A DNA stretch of 64,000 nt from assembly GCA_964016885.1 (NCBI GenBank), contig OZ024740.1, positions 135,470,001-135,534,000 of the forward strand, given 5' to 3'. This DNA comes from Eledone cirrhosa. Its lineage: Eukaryota. The notes under the pieces are model-generated. The model saw nothing but the letters and a program-made list of their open reading frames with translations. It had not been told where the DNA came from and made no database searches. The position numbers were made by a program, and so were the translations under genes. Positions within the stretch are counted from its first letter, which is position 1. Each line of letters opens with the position of its first letter. This document shows positions 46,311 through 60,639 of this stretch, one piece after another.

Positions 46311-47293
46311 AGAGATTCAAATACCACATATGGCCAGGGCTAATCACCTAACCAAGGGATCTTAATTCATTATGAGAGCTGCAATGGGTGGAGGAGGATT
46401 GTGATTGCTACAGCAATTGAATGATGATGATGATGATGATGATTGGCTTTACATTTGGTCAAATAGTTGTCTAAATAATAAAATTAGGCAATTATCAACA
46501 ATATATTTCCCTAAATTTGAATTAAAACCCTTCCTAATATCTAAAGGTAGCTGACATTTCAATACAATTTCCTTCTTCAGCGATCAAGTGCATCTATTGA
46601 TATAAACATTACTACTGTTCATTGACTTGGAACATAAAAAAATCATGTCAGTATGTCAATTCATACTCAGAACTATGTGGCTGTAAACCTAAAATCATGT
46701 CAGTATGTCACTTCATACACAGAACAGTTAACCAATAAGATAGACAACTTTATAAAGCTCATATGAATATAACACAGTTACCAGTCTTTTACAAATTAGC
46801 TGATATGTTTCTGTTTCAATTTCTTATTAAGTGAACTATCTTTTTGAAACAATAGATATTATTCATATAAGATTTAATTTAATTTATTTAAAGTACTACC
46901 ATAGTAACTATAAAAACAACAAGGTTTATTTTGCCTCCTTCCAGTAGTTCTTAATGTTTTTTCTTTCAAGACTTGTTCCATTTTCTTGTATTTTTTTATA
47001 GTTATTCTTATTCATTTTACCATCAGTGTGTCTTTTCTTGTGTTTCTGGTAATGTTGTAACATTTTTACACATCACCTTTTCTTGTGTTCACAAAATGTC
47101 TACAGTCCAAAATTCAACAGTTTCTCTGTGACTGATTATTTCTGCACTTATTTAACTTGCAGTTACATGTTGTATATTTGAGATGTAATCATTTTACTTC
47201 CTTACTCTTACAATCTCTTTCTCACTGACAAATTCTCACTGATAAATTGACTTCATCATTTCTTCTCTTGTATCTCTCTCTCTCTCTCTCTCT

Positions 47294-47346
<53 letters not shown>

Positions 47347-47604
47347 GGAAAAGCAAACAAGATAAAGAAACATTTTCCTATTTACTTAGAACATCCCTAC
47401 TGCATACCGATATAAGACAGGAAATTGCTACAATCGAAAGCAATACAAATAAGGGCTAGGTAACCATAGTAGTCATCGGCTGTCTTTCTGGGGATCATTA
47501 TAGTTTTAGATACTTTATAAGACAGGACTATTCACCACCAGTGCATCAATAGAAACCACAGTGTTGTCCATGGATAGCTATTTGGGATGAAAACAATGGA
47601 TGTT

Positions 47605-47639
<35 letters not shown>

Positions 47640-47640
<1 letters not shown>

Positions 47641-48950
47641 GAGGGGGGATCAAAAAGTTCGCAGAATTTTTCAGAAAATATTCTATTTTTCAAAAAATAT
47701 GATTTACCTTCAATTTATTTTTCTACATAGTTGCCATCCAGGTCAATACACTTCACAAGGCGATGCTTCCAGCTTCGTAAGCCGTCTCTAAAGAAAGTTG
47801 AAGGCCTTGTTCGAAGCCATGTGTTGGCAGTGTTTTTAGCTTCTTCAACACCACTAAAACGGGTTCCTTTTAGCATTTCTTTGAGTTTTGGAAAGAGGAA
47901 AAAGTCTGATGGGGCTAAATCTGGACTATAAGGCAGGTGAGGAAGCACTTCCCATCGAAATTCTCGAAGAACTTCTTCTGCAACCCGCGCAGAATGCACT
48001 GGTGCATTGTCATGGTCAAACAAGATCCCACCATGAAGTATCCCTTTTCATTTCTTGACTAATGCCTCTTTCAGCTTCCTTAAAACATTTGCATAGTAAG
48101 CTCCTGTCACAGTTCTTTGACCTTCAAGATAATCTATTAGTATCACCCCACCTGAATCCCAGAAAATTGTGGCCATCACTTTTTGATCCGACTTTTGAGA
48201 TTTGAACTTGATTGGCCCGATGATCCACGTGGAAGCCACTGTTTTGACTGCTGTTTGGATTCAGGATCATACTGGTAGATCCAGGTTTCATCTCTGGTGA
48301 TGATTCTGGTCAGGAAATGCTCTTCATCAACTTCAATTTTGTTTAATATCGCCAAAGACAGATCACTTCGAAGAATCAGCTGATCAGGGCGCAAAGCTTT
48401 TGGGACCCATCGCGCTGAAAGCTTGCTTAGTCCTAAATTATCATGCAGAATTGAATTTGCCGAACCATATGAAATGTCTAGGGACTTAGCTAACTAATTA
48501 ACTGTTATTCTTCGATCTTCTTCAATTAAAGTCTGAGCAGCCTCAACGTTTTGGTCATTTTTTTATGTTCCTAGTCTTCCACTGCGATGGTCGTCTTCAA
48601 GGTCGTTTCTCCCTTGTTTGAATCGCTGAATCCATTTGTAGACAGCAGTTTTCTTTGGAGCAGTAGTACCGTAAACTTTAACTAAAGCCTCCATAATCTG
48701 TGTCCCATTCCATTTGAGTTTCACCAGAAACTTGATATTCGATCTTATCTCAAAATAACTATTTTCCATTGTTCCAAAAAGAGGTTGTTTAAAGAGTGTC
48801 AGTACTGTACAATAGTCCGTGCATAACTGACTGCAAGTGACTAATAGCAAGGTAAACACCCAGTGACAATGTTGTGACATGTTTAATATTGTTTTAACCT
48901 ATTTTTTTCTTACTACGATAAAATTCTGCAAACTTTTTGATCCCTCCTCG
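47640..48950 (-). mobile_element. Mariner (DD34D, irritans/Hsmar2-like TIR) transposon
   Basis: TIRs CGAGGGGGGATCAAAAAGTTCGCAGAATTT / AAATTCTGCAAACTTTTTGATCCCTCCTCG with TA flanks. Confidence 0.92.
47715..48769 (-). pseudogene. Frameshifted mariner transposase
   Basis: WVPKAL, TRDETW, HDNAPVH, YSPDLAPSD (34 residues between the 2nd and 3rd D) spread over several frames. Confidence 0.9.
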
Positions 48951-49036
48951 TATCATCATCATCATCATCATCGTTTAACGTCCATTTTCCATGCTAGAAT
49001 GGGTCTGGAACATATATATATATATATATGTATATA

Positions 49037-49948
49037 TAAAATCAGCAGTGGTGGAGGGTGCTCTGAAAGTACAGTAGCTACAGTCAGAACAGGATGGAAA
49101 AAGTTCAGAGAGCTTATACAACTATTGGCCGCTAAAGGGTTCTCTCTAAAAATGAAAGGCAGGCTGTATGATGCCTGCATACAAACAGCAATATTACATG
49201 GCAGTGAGACTTAGGCATTGTGTGCAGAGAATATACGCAGACTCGAGAAGAACGAAGCTTGCATGCTCCGCTGGATGTGTAATAGTAATATACGTGAACG
49301 GCAAAGCATAAACGAACTAAGGGAGAAATTAGGAATAAGAGGGATCAGATGTTGTTTACTCGAGAGAAGACTACATTGGTACGGTCACGTGATGCGCATG
49401 AAAGACGACAGCTGTATAAAAAAGAGCAGGGTGATAAAAATAGATGGTAGCCACGGAGTAGGCAGACCCAGAAAAACCTGGGACGACTTGATAAATTCTG
49501 ACCTCACACATTTACACCTCTCCAAGACAATGTCACTGGACCGAGATCTTTGGCGCTACAGTAACACAGAAGACCCGCCTTGCTTAAGTACAAAGCGAAA
49601 CCTACAGTCAGTAGGCACCTCTAACAAAAATACACCCCCGTCCCACTACTCCCCACCCCATCCACACCACCCCCTTCAAAGTAAAGTTATGTTGGTACCA
49701 CAACATCCAGTCCGAAATAAATGAGGTCTTGTAGGTGTCACGACAAAAAAACACAGTCCATGCTGTAATGTGGCCGTGTAGGTAACACGGTAAAAACCAC
49801 CCAGTCCAGGAAGGGCATCCAGCCGTAGAAAGCTCGCCAGACAGTCCTATATGAGCAAGACAACCAATCTTGCCTCAAGTGGGAAAATTCCCGTCCAAGC
49901 CCATGCAAGCGTGGAAGATGGACGTTAAACGATGATGATGATGATGAT
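49037..49948 (+). mobile_element. Older 5'-truncated RTE-A copy
   Basis: KISSGGGCSES..HGSET* and 3' UTR with internal deletion; (GAT)n tail. Confidence 0.88.
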
Positions 49949-49951
49949 ATA

Positions 49952-50400
49952 TAATAATTGTTTCTACTTTTGGTACAAGGCCATCAATTACCCAGTACAT
50001 TACTGGTACTTTATTTTATCCACCTCGTAAGGATGAAAGGCAAAGTTAACCTCAACAGGATTTGAACTCAGACCGTAAAGGGACGTAACTATGCTGGAAA
50101 GCATGGCATCTGACCCTCTACCGATACTGCCAATAATAATTTTTTCTACTTTTTGGCACAAGGCCAGCAATTACCCAGTGCATTACTGGTACTTTATTTT
50201 ATCGACCCCGTAAGGATGAAAGGCAAAGTTAACCTCGGCGGGATTTGAACTCAGATTGGAAAGGGCCGTAACTCTATTCATCAAAGCATGGCGTCCGACC
50301 CTCTACCGATACTGCCAATCCAATAATAATTGTTTCTACTTTAGGCACAAGGCCAGCAATTATCCAGTGCATTACTGGTACTTTATTTTATCGACCCCGT
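49952..50400 (-). mobile_element. Tandem tRNA SINE copies (same family as 45307-46310)
   Basis: Three repeats of TTTCTACTTT..GGCACAAGGCCAGCAATTA.CCAGTGCATTACTGGTACTTTATTTTATCGACCCCGTA. Confidence 0.8.
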
Positions 50401-50567
50401 ATAATAAGCGTGGAAGAGGAGTCAAATTTTCATTGTTTATTCAGGTGTGACATGTGTTTCGCGATTGATCAGCTCAAGTTTTGATCTCTATTAAAATCTC
50501 ATAGATTCAATGTTATGTGAGATATATAACATAAAGCCTTTACCACGAAAATACAATAGCATATATA

Positions 50568-51874
50568 CAGGGTGTGGACGATATTTGTTCGCAATTTTCA
50601 ACTGCTAATTTTATGCAAATTTTTTTTACTTCCGTTGTCACTCTTGTCTTCATAAAAACAGTGAGTATATTTCCATTATTTATTTTCAGAATAATTGATT
50701 ATGAATAATTTTGAACCTCCAAATTTGTGGAAGAGACACGGAGTTCTTCTTGGAATCCGCGCCAGGAGGACAAATAAGGAAATTTCAGACTTTCTCAGCG
50801 TCAGTAGGAGAATGGTGGAAAAGGTCAGAAAGGAATTGGAAGATTCAAGATTCGACTACGAAGCAACATCAGAGAGGAAAACAAATGATCGACGATCTGA
50901 CGCCTTCAGAATGCCCGAGTTCGTCGCTGAAGTTCAGGATATCATCAACAAGGAACCTAGCAAGTCGGTGCGTGCCATTGCAAGGGAGAAAGGCGTGGAT
51001 GAAAAGCTCATTAGGCTGGTGGTACATGAAGACATTCACTACGTTTCATACAAGATGAGGAAAGGACAATTTCTCTCAAAGGCGATGCAAGAAAAGCGAC
51101 TGAAGCACACAAAGAAGCTGATCAACAAGTTGAAACACCCACTGGATCCAGACATGCTGTGGTTTTTCTCCGACGAGAAAAACTTTTGCCAAGGCCAGAA
51201 GATCAACTCCCAGAACAACAGGTGGCTCGCTGTCTCATCCAAAGACGTGCCCAGAATTCATGCAGACAAAGTTTCCAGCAACAACATTGGTCTTAGGTGT
51301 CGTCAGCAATCAAGGTGACGTCATGCTACCTCACTTCTTCCCTGAGGGCCTCAAGCTGAACACCGATGGCTACATCCGTGTTCTGAGCGAGGTAGTAAAG
51401 CCCTGGATTGACCAGGTAGCTGAAGGTAGGCCATACGTGTGGCAGCAAGACTCAGCGCCCTGCCATACCAGCCGAAAGACCCAAGCCTGGCTGTCAGAGA
51501 ACTTCGTCGACCACACTTCACCTGACATCTGGCCTCCCAGCTCGCCTGACTGCAACTCCCTCGACTCCTTTGTGTGGGGCGCAGTGGAACGAGACACCAG
51601 CAGATCTAGCTGCAATACGAAAGACGATCTGAAGGCCAGGATCACAAATGCCTTTAGGGGCCTAAGTTGGGGGACAGTGACGAAGGCCTGTAGCCGGTTC
51701 CGAGGTCGCCTTGAGGCCGTCATCAAAGCCAATGGCGGGTTTATCGAGTGAGACGAAAGAACAAGTCATGAAGACAAACTGACCCAAGTTTGATAAATAT
51801 ATCTTAAAAAATAAAACTACTGTGTTATTTTTTCCTAGACAGTAATCTTGCAAACAAATATCGTCCGCACCCTG
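50568..51874 (+). mobile_element. Tc1/mariner-superfamily DD37D (maT-type) transposon, inserted in a piggyBac-like MITE remnant
   Basis: TIRs CAGGGTGTGGACGATATTTGTTCGCAA / TTGCAAACAAATATCGTCCGCACCCTG, TA flanks; flanks rejoin to match 60277-60371. Confidence 0.92.
50701..51751 (+). pseudogene. DD37D transposase with one frameshift near 51260
   Basis: FSDEKNF, WQQDSAPCH, WPPSSPDCNSLD; 37 residues between the 2nd and 3rd D. Confidence 0.9.
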
Positions 51875-51986
51875 TATATGTAGAGTAATGTAAATGCTAA
51901 AGGGTTGATAAAGTGCCCAACTCTAAAACATAGCTTTCCACAAAACAGCATCATAATGTCTTACCATATGCTATTTTGATGTTTGA

Positions 51987-53180
51987 CTGTACTAATCTCC
52001 ATTAATGAATGATCAGAGACTGTATTCACTCTTCTTTTTGTTGTTGCTAGGTGGTATTTTATTTGTTTATTTACTTATTCAGTTACGTGGCTGACACAAT
52101 AGAGGGGTTGATTAAATTTAGTACAGTATTTTGTTTAATTTCATTTGCTTATGTTCAGAGCTCAAATTAAGCTACAGTGCTCCACATGTTATAAAATATT
52201 TTGATGAGGTATACTGATTATATCTTTTCATTATACAGGTGCACAGTCAATCTTCTCGCAACTAATGATCTTGTACCACTTTTTATCTAGTTATAAATTT
52301 GGACTTAAATTTCTCCTGACCCACCAGACTAGTTAATTCATGTTAGAAGGTTACCATGTAGCAATAGATTTAATTTTAAACATTTGTACTTTGATATTAT
52401 TATAGCTGATGGGTAAGGAGAGTGTTTCCTACTTTGTAATTTGTTTCTAGCGAATTATATAGTTCAGCAGAAGAGATAATTCAGCATGTGCCTGAAATGG
52501 AGGGTGCTGGAAAATGAGTGATGTACCTGTACAAACATGATGACTTTTATTTTGTTTTTTCTTTTATTTATTTTTTTGCACTTTGTTTAAAATCTAGGTG
52601 CAGTAATACAGAACTCACTTATACATTAGTTGTTGAAACTATTGTTTAAAAAAATAGTATTGATTTTTATTATTTAAAAATACAAGAAAAAAAATAAAAT
52701 TGGGAAATTAAAATATTAATTAAACTTCTGTTCTTATTTAAAGACAAGAGCAAATCTTCAACTCTTTAATTTATAATTGAACAAGAAATTTTTTTCCTTA
52801 CACACCCATGAAATTTGTCTCGAAAAATAACCAACCTTTTCTCCATTTCCTCAGGCAATTAGATTTTGTTCTTTCTTTCATTTGAATGGGAAATGTATTT
52901 GCTAATTGTTGCAAGAAGATAAAAGTAAGCTAGAACTATAATAAATAGCTTCCACTAGAGAGAGGAATCATAATTATTTCAGGCTGTACTAATCTCCATT
53001 AATGAATGATCAGAGATTGTTTTTATTCATTTTTCTTTTTTGTTGTTGCTGGCAGGTATTTTACTTGTTTAGTTACTTATTTAGTTATGTGATTGACACA
53101 ATAGAGGGGTTGATTAAATTTAGTAGCGCATTTTGTTTCATTTCATTTGCTTATGTTCACAGCTCAAATTAAGCTACAGT
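51987..53180 (+). repeat. ~195-bp diverged direct repeat (51987-52178 and 52984-53180)
   Basis: CTGTACTAATCTCCATTAATGAATGATCAGAGA...GCTCAAATTAAGCTACAGT twice. Confidence 0.8.
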
Positions 53181-53604
53181 TAACTTAACCTTCATCCTTC
53201 TAAGCACCAGCTTTATACTGAAGTGGATTCATTGTGCATATATAAATGTTTACAAATTTATATTTTTTTCCTTTTTTCTTTGTTTAACTGATGTTTCACG
53301 TGCTCTATGAGGCACCAGATATTTTCCCTAAATTCACACAAAATTGTATGATTTTTTGTAGCTTAACAGCTATAAATTAATATTTTGTCTTTTGTCTCTT
53401 ACTCCTTTGGACAGTATTTGGCTTATGTCAGATGCTGTGGTACCGTTAGTAGGGATCGAAACTCCCCAAGTCCATCTCTACGGCCGGTGACCAGGGAGTT
53501 CTGTGTCCTTCGTTTGTATGTTTATTTTAAGGTTTCCCCTTAAAAAATTGTTTTTCGTTTTTTGTTTCCGTTCGTTGTCTTGTCCTTTCTTTGTTAATTT
53601 TCTT

Positions 53605-53636
<32 letters not shown>

Positions 53637-54192
53637 CTCAAATCATAAGGGATATAAAACCGCCAAGGTGAAGAATATATTAAATATACATAGAACGGTT
53701 CATAGAACTCAATTAAAAGGATAAATTAAGATATACAAGCTGACTATGATAACTATCAACATCCAGACAGCTTTAGTGTAGAACTGTTTCACAATTCAGT
53801 GAAGAGAGACATTGGTACAATTGCTTCTCAATGAATATTTCACCAATACAATCCTCACTACTAAATTACTTAGAAGACTATAATACACACGTGTTAAAAG
53901 AGGAAAAGCACATGGATATCGCATGTAGAGCAGTACAAAGAGAACGTACAGCTGTTAAAAAAAAATAGCAGCCAGAACCATTCGATATATTAAAAGCTCA
54001 ACAAAAGTATAGGAGCTCAATTTATCAAAATTAAATTTTGAGTTTCCCTTATAATCAAAGTAGCTTAAGGAAAAAAATGTTCAAACCTTTTTATAACAAA
54101 GTAAAGAGAGAACACATATATATGTGCTCAAATCATAAGATATATATATATCCCTTATGATTTGAGTATATATATATATATATATACAAGCC

Positions 54193-54502
54193 GAAGCTGA
54201 AGCATATAGACAATACCCCCTCCTCCCAAACTACAAAGTGGTCGTGGCGGTGCCACAGCAAAAAAGCACCCAGCCTACACTGTAAAGTGGGCATGTAGGT
54301 GCCACGGAAAAAAAATAAGCACCCAGCACTCACTGTAAATGCGGTTGGTGTTAGGAAGGGCATCCAGCTGTAGAAATCAAGCCAGAATCAGTTCCTGTAT
54401 GAGCAAGACAAGGTCAGCCAACTGGACACTGCCCACAACAGGACAACCTGTCTAACCCATGCTAGCGTGGAAGAACGGACGTAAAACGGTGATGATGATG
54501 AT
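54193..54502 (+). mobile_element. RTE-B 3' UTR fragment
   Basis: Matches 18960-19266. Confidence 0.85.
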
Positions 54503-54539
54503 ATATATGTGTGTATCTTCTTGAGTCATCCCTATTTTG

Positions 54540-55100
54540 TAGGTGAAGCATTCATTTTGCTTTTTCTAATGGCTAGATTATATATGGCATGCCACACATG
54601 TATACTCGTAGACTTCTCCACTAAATGGAGTAGTTGTGCCAACACATTGTTGAATTAATAGTTGATCATCTGCAAAGCCACTGGTATTCATGATGCCGAG
54701 GTGATCTAATTAAACTGATGATCATCGCATGAGCTACTACTTATTATGGCAGGATTTTTATCAAGGCTTACACATCTAAACCCAACCTGTTCTGCTAGGC
54801 TAGCCATATCAGAGGCACCTCATATAGGATGTGAATTTTTGCCACACAAGTTGGTCTTTGAACTGAAAGACTAGGTACTCAGCTTGAATGAGCATATATT
54901 ATGCATCATCAGTTCACTGAATGGCATTTTGAACAGACACTGAGACACTCGGGGATGCCACAAAAGACCACCCAGTGCGAACCAATGAAATCTATTACAG
55001 CTCTGCACACTCTTAATATAAAGTAGAATATTAAGACTGTTGTAAACTTTTTTCTCTAAAATATTGTCCTTGAAAACCTTTATGATCATCTTTGATTGGA
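54540..55100 (-). pseudogene. Highly degenerate LINE RT remnant
   Basis: Minus-strand GFADDQL and SFCGIP-like motifs. Confidence 0.4.
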
Positions 55101-55489
55101 TAAAACAAATTTCAATTCAAAGATGAACTGGTTCTCATTACTAATTAATGAAAGGTGTGAATTAACTATTAAGATTTTAATGTCACATTTACTAATTTAA
55201 AACAGAAAAAAATAACAGGCCAAATAATGGATACATGGTTTGAGTCCTGTAGGTGAGTTATTTCTTTCTGCTGTCGAAAATTGGAATTAAAATGTTTAAT
55301 ATTAATTAAAGATGTGTTGAAGAAATTCAAACCTGAACAAAAGTGACCAGAGTCAAGGAAAAGTGTTTGATGTGTTCATAATCTCATATTCGGAATTTTA
55401 ATTTGATTTTTGCAATCAGATATTCAGCTTTATAGAATTGAAGGGAAGAAATTTTTATAGGAACTGAGATTTTACTCTGTCTCTCTCTC

Positions 55490-56960
55490 TCATCATCATC
55501 ACTGTTTAACATCTATTTTTCCACATTAGAATGGGTTAGACAAGTTGGCCCTTTGTGTGAGACAAACCAGGTCTGATGACCATGTCTTGCTTGTACAAAA
55601 CTAGTTTTGGCTTGGTTTATACGGCTGGATGCTCTTCCTAATACCAACCACATTTATAGTGTTTTCAGGGTGCTTATTGTCATGACACCTACGCGACCAA
55701 TTTACAGTGTAGGCTGGGGACTTGGGGGGAGGTGTGTGGAGAGTGGGGATGTAAATCCAGAGGCACGTGTGAGGGGGTGGAGTATTCTGGCGTGGGTGGA
55801 GTGTTAGGATGTGAATGGACAGAGAGGTGTTAGGACGTGGAGGTGTATGGAAGGGAGGGAAGTAGTGCATATAAGATGTATGCTTCAACCCATGCGCATG
55901 GGAAGGCAGGTCTTCTGTATTACAGCATAATGCCAGAGATCCCGGTCCTGTGTCATTGCCTTTGAGAGGTGCAATTGGGCAAGGCCAGCTTTTATTACCT
56001 TGTCCCAAGACTTCCTGGGTCTCCCCACTCCACAGCTTCCATTGTCTTTGAACGCTCTGCACATTTTTATGCTTTACCATTTACATATATTACTATTACA
56101 TCCATCAGAGCATGCAAGCTTCATTTCTTTTCCAATCTACACAGCGCCCAGGTCTCACTACCATGCAACATTGCTGTTCGGATACAATCATCATACAGTC
56201 TGTGTTTCATTTTGAGAGAAAAGCCTTTTGTAGCTAGCAGTGGTAGTAGCTCCCTGAACTTCTTCCATCCCGTTCTTACTCTAGCTACTGTACTTTTGAA
56301 CACTCACCTCCGCTGCTAATTTGGTCACCCAGGTAGCAGAAGCTGTCTACTGTTCTACCGAGCTTTCCCAGAATTTGTTAGCACTTGTTTCCTGTGGTCA
56401 TTTGCTGGTTACTGTCTCGGTGCGACCACAACATGTAAAGCTTACATTCTTAGCTAAACTTCCTGAGATCCCATTACATCTCTTGTGTACCCATAGTTTG
56501 TATTTGGGGCAAAGGATGGAATTTCTACCTACATCTTTCCTACATTCTGCGCAAGGCCCTGAGGGAATCAGGGTTCTGTTATCTCTTCTACTTAAGAGAA
56601 CCTTAGTCTTTGTCAGATTGACTTTAAGATCTCTTGTTTCGAGGCCTTGCTTCTATCGCTTTTATGTCCATTTTTTTTTTGCTTGCATGGGTTGGATGGC
56701 TACTTTTCAGCACATCATCTTTACCTTTGCCATGTTCCTTCCTCATCTACCCTGTGAGTCTCACTGATTTGAAATCAGTTCTCACCACCTCTGCCCTGGT
56801 CTTCCTTGATCTACCTCTACTGCAGCTATCTTCCATTGGGATTTTCTGACACTTCACCCAGCAACTATCATCCATATGCATCACATGTCCATACCAACGC
56901 TGTTTTTTCTCTTGCTCACCACTTTGGATTCCTCTAACTTTAACCCATTTTCTCCCTCTG
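55490..56960 (-). mobile_element. Older RTE fragments (B-related 55490-56650; another 3' piece 56655-56960)
   Basis: RVRTGWKKFRELLPLL, HGSETWAL, degenerate PHD, RWYGHVM; terminal stem-loops. Confidence 0.8.
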
Positions 56961-57012
56961 TTCATCCATCCTAGCTCTGCCTTCTCTCACATTTACTTTG
57001 CACAATGAATTA

Positions 57013-59530
57013 TCATCATCATCATCATCACCGTTTTACATCCGTTCTTCCACGCTAGCATGGGTTAGACAGGTTGTCCTGTTGTGGGCAGTGTCTGGTC
57101 GGCTGACCATGCCTTGCTCATACAGGAACTGATTTGGCTTGATTTCTACAGCTGGATGCCCTTCCTAACACCAACCTCATTTACAGTGAGTGCTGGGTGC
57201 TTTTTCGTGCCGCCTACACGTCCACTTTACAGTGTGGGCTGGGTGCTTTTTTGCCGTGGCACCTCCACGACCACCTTGCGGTGAGGGTGTGGGGGCATAT
57301 TGTCTATATGCTTCAGCTTGTACCCATGGGAGGTCGGGTACTCTGTATTACTGCGTGACGCCAGAAGTCACGGTCGTGTGTCATTGACTTTGAGAGGTGT
57401 AATTGGGTAAGGTCGGCTTTTATCACCTCATCCCAGGTCATCTTGGGTCTCCCCACTCCGCAGTTTCCATCAACTTCTAGTGCTCTGCACCTTTTTATGC
57501 AGCTGTCATCCTTCATACGCATCACATGTCCATACCAGCGCAACTGCCTCTCCTGCACACAGCATTTGATTCCTCTTATGCTCAGTCTCTCTCTCAATTC
57601 ATTTATGCTTTGTCGTTCACGTATATTACTGTTTCACATCCATCGGAGCATGCAGGCTTCGTTTCTCTCTAATCTACGTAAGTCTTCCACCTTCAGCGCC
57701 CAGGTCTCACTACCATGCAACATTGCTGTTCGGATACAATCATCATACAGTCTGCCTTTCATTTTGAGGGAGAAGCCTTTTGCAGCTAGCAGTGGTAGTA
57801 GTTCCCTAAACTTCTTCCATCCCGTTCTTACCCTAGTTATTGTACTTTCTGAACACCCACCTCCGCTGCTAATTCGGTCACCTAGGTAGCAGAAGCTGTC
57901 TACTGTTTCTACAGAACCCTCCCAGAGATTGGTGGTACTTGTTTCCTGTGGCTGTTTGCTGCTTGCTGTCTCAGCACAGCTGCTGCATGTGAAGCCTACA
58001 TTCTTAATTAAGCTTCCTGAGATCCCGCTACATCTCTTGTGTACCCATTGTTTGCATTTGGGGCAGAGAATGGAGTTCCTACCTACACCTTTCCTACATA
58101 CTGAGCAAGGCCATTTCCCTGAGGGGATCTGGGTTCTGTTTTCTCGTCTACTTACAAGGACCTTAGTCTTTGTCATGTTGACTTTGAGACCCTTTCTTTC
58201 TAGTCCCTGCTTCCAAGTTTGGAATTTATTCTCTAGTTCTACCATAGATTCAGCTATGAGTGCGAGGTCATCAGCATACAGGAGTTCTCATGGGCATCCG
58301 GTCTTAAACTCCTCTTTTATTGCCTGCAGGACTATGATGAACAGGAGGGGGCTAAGAACAGAGCCCTGGTGGACCCCAACCTGTACGCTAAATTCCTCGC
58401 TATACTCATTGCTAATCCTAACTTTGCTGACTGCTCCCCTATACATGGCTTGTACCGCTTTCACAAGCCATTCATCTACTCCTAGTTTTCTAAGAGCCCA
58501 CCAGATTACAGCACGTGGAACTCTGTCAAAGGCTTTCTCAAGGTCGACAAATGCCAAGTAGAGTGGCTTACTTTTAGCTAGGTACTTTTCCTGTAATTGC
58601 CTCACAAGGAAGAGGGCATCAGTGGTGCCTCTTCCTGGTACAAACCCAAATTGCATCTCGTCTATTTTCACCCGGTCCCTAATCAACTGTGCTATAACTC
58701 TTTCTGTTACTTTCATGACCTGGTCCATCAACTTTATACCTCTATAGTTTCCTCTATCTAGTGCATCACCTTTACCTTTGTAGCAGTTGACAATGATGCT
58801 ACTGCACCAATCTTTTGGTATGGCACCTTCTAGTATTACCTGGTTAACAATGCGTGTGGTTATAGTGTGACCTACAGACCCAGATGCCTTCAGCATTTCG
58901 GCAGCTATACCCGATGGACCGGTTGCCTTCCCCATCTTCATATCTTTGATTGCCTTACTTACTACGCTGCTGCTGACTTGTACTGCTGGTCCCTCTATAG
59001 GGTCTACTTGGGGTAGGGTCTCTTCTTCCCATGCATTCTTCTCATTTAGTAATCTATCATAATGACTCTTCCATGCATCTTTCTTCTCAGCACTTGTGAG
59101 GGCAAGCTCACCTTTATCATTCCGGATACACTTCTCTCCAATGACATCACAACTATCTCTGACACACTGCCTCGCAATCTTGAATACCTCCTGTTTCTGG
59201 TCCTCATGTTGCAAAACATGCTTGAATTTTCTATCCTCTGCTTCCCTCCTAGCTAAGTGTACTTGTCGCCTAGCTTCCCTCTTGGTCTCTATGTAATGTA
59301 CCCTGCTCTCCCCGTTCTTCCATTCTTTCCATGCCTATCTCTTGGCCTTAACTGCTTCATCTACCTTATTGTTCCACCACCAAGTCACTCTCCTCCTGCT
59401 TGAGGTCTTACTCCAGTCACAGACCTCATCCGTCGCCTCTAGTAAATTATTTTTTAGGAACTCCCAGTTCTCTTCTACATTAAATGTCTCTATCTCTTCT
59501 TCTTTACTGTCGTAGGCGTTGAGTAAAATA
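57013..59530 (-). mobile_element. 5'-truncated RTE-B copy with premature stops
   Basis: Collinear with 23483-26000; stops split the ORF at ~57634, 58288, 59335. Confidence 0.92.
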
Positions 59531-60156
59531 ATTATATATATAAATATACACATTCTCCCTCCCTTCTACTACTCTAGTCTGCCCTCTCGACCCCCCCACA
59601 CACACACACATTCCAATTCAATCTCACAGATAAAATGCACCTATTGCACTCTGTTAAGGATATTCAGCCATAGGAACCATCCCCAAAATGGGATGTATGA
59701 GGAAGATGTATTTCTCTAACTAATCTAATCTTTGGCCATGATGACTTTTCCAACCCATACCAGCATGGAAAACATGAAATATGATAATGATGATACTTAT
59801 GTGGTGAATAAAATGTTTTTCCACAATTGTTATCTGGACTGTCACGCAACTGACTGCCAAAAGACTGACCTATAATCTCAGAAACTCTGGGTGCCAATTG
59901 TCTGAAACAAAGACATTTTTAGAAGGCCATGTGTTTATTTTTAAAGCAACAAGCCATTATTATAAATATGCTGTCTTCCAGCTATACACACAGTCTGTCA
60001 CTCACCTCTTTGACTGCACACAGACCAAATTACTACAATGTGGAACTGTTGGCAACACAACCTTGGTCTCTCTACATATTTTCACTGACTGGTCACTTCT
60101 TATGAGAAATATATTAATCAAAATAGAATTGACTACTTACACAATCCAGTCCTTAA

Positions 60157-60371
60157 TCCTTTAGCATTTAAACCGGCCATATCCAGCCAGAATTCTCTCA
60201 TCCCTTTCTGTTCAAACCGGCTGTAGCCGGCCACTCATACTGATGTTAAGGTATTGTTCTCAAAATAAATAATATCAAAATCTCATAGATTCAATATTAT
60301 GTGAGATAATTATGAGAGCCTTTACCATGAAAATATAATAGTAAATATAGAGTAATGTAAATACTAAAGGG
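60157..60371. mobile_element. piggyBac-like MITE
   Basis: TTAA|TCCTTTAGCATTTA ... TAAATACTAAAGGG|TTAA. Confidence 0.7.
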
Positions 60372-60639
60372 TTAATTAACATTCTAATGATCAATTTTGT
60401 TTTGATTCAAAGCAATTGTATTTTCCTTTTGTGAGGTGAAGTTTTGTTGTATATAAAGGCATTGTTATACTTATCATGTTTGTCTTTTCTTCAAATTAAG
60501 TTTGTTCCATATTAACCCAGATCTCACAACAAACAGACTTCACTTCACATATACCATATATACTTGTGAAAAACTATCATGCAACTTATTAAACTTACAA
60601 AGCCTCAACTTAAAATATATGGCACATTTTAAATGTATG

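Noticed and set aside
51900-53420. Possible next amphiphysin exon
   Set aside because: No AG..GT segment encoding a BAR-like peptide was found by eye
53440-53840. Further hammerhead candidates (GAAACTCCC..GGGAGT at 53458; - strand ~53780-53835; also 15607 and 34687)
   Set aside because: CUGANGA or GAAA core is mutated or missing, so at most decayed pLTR remnants
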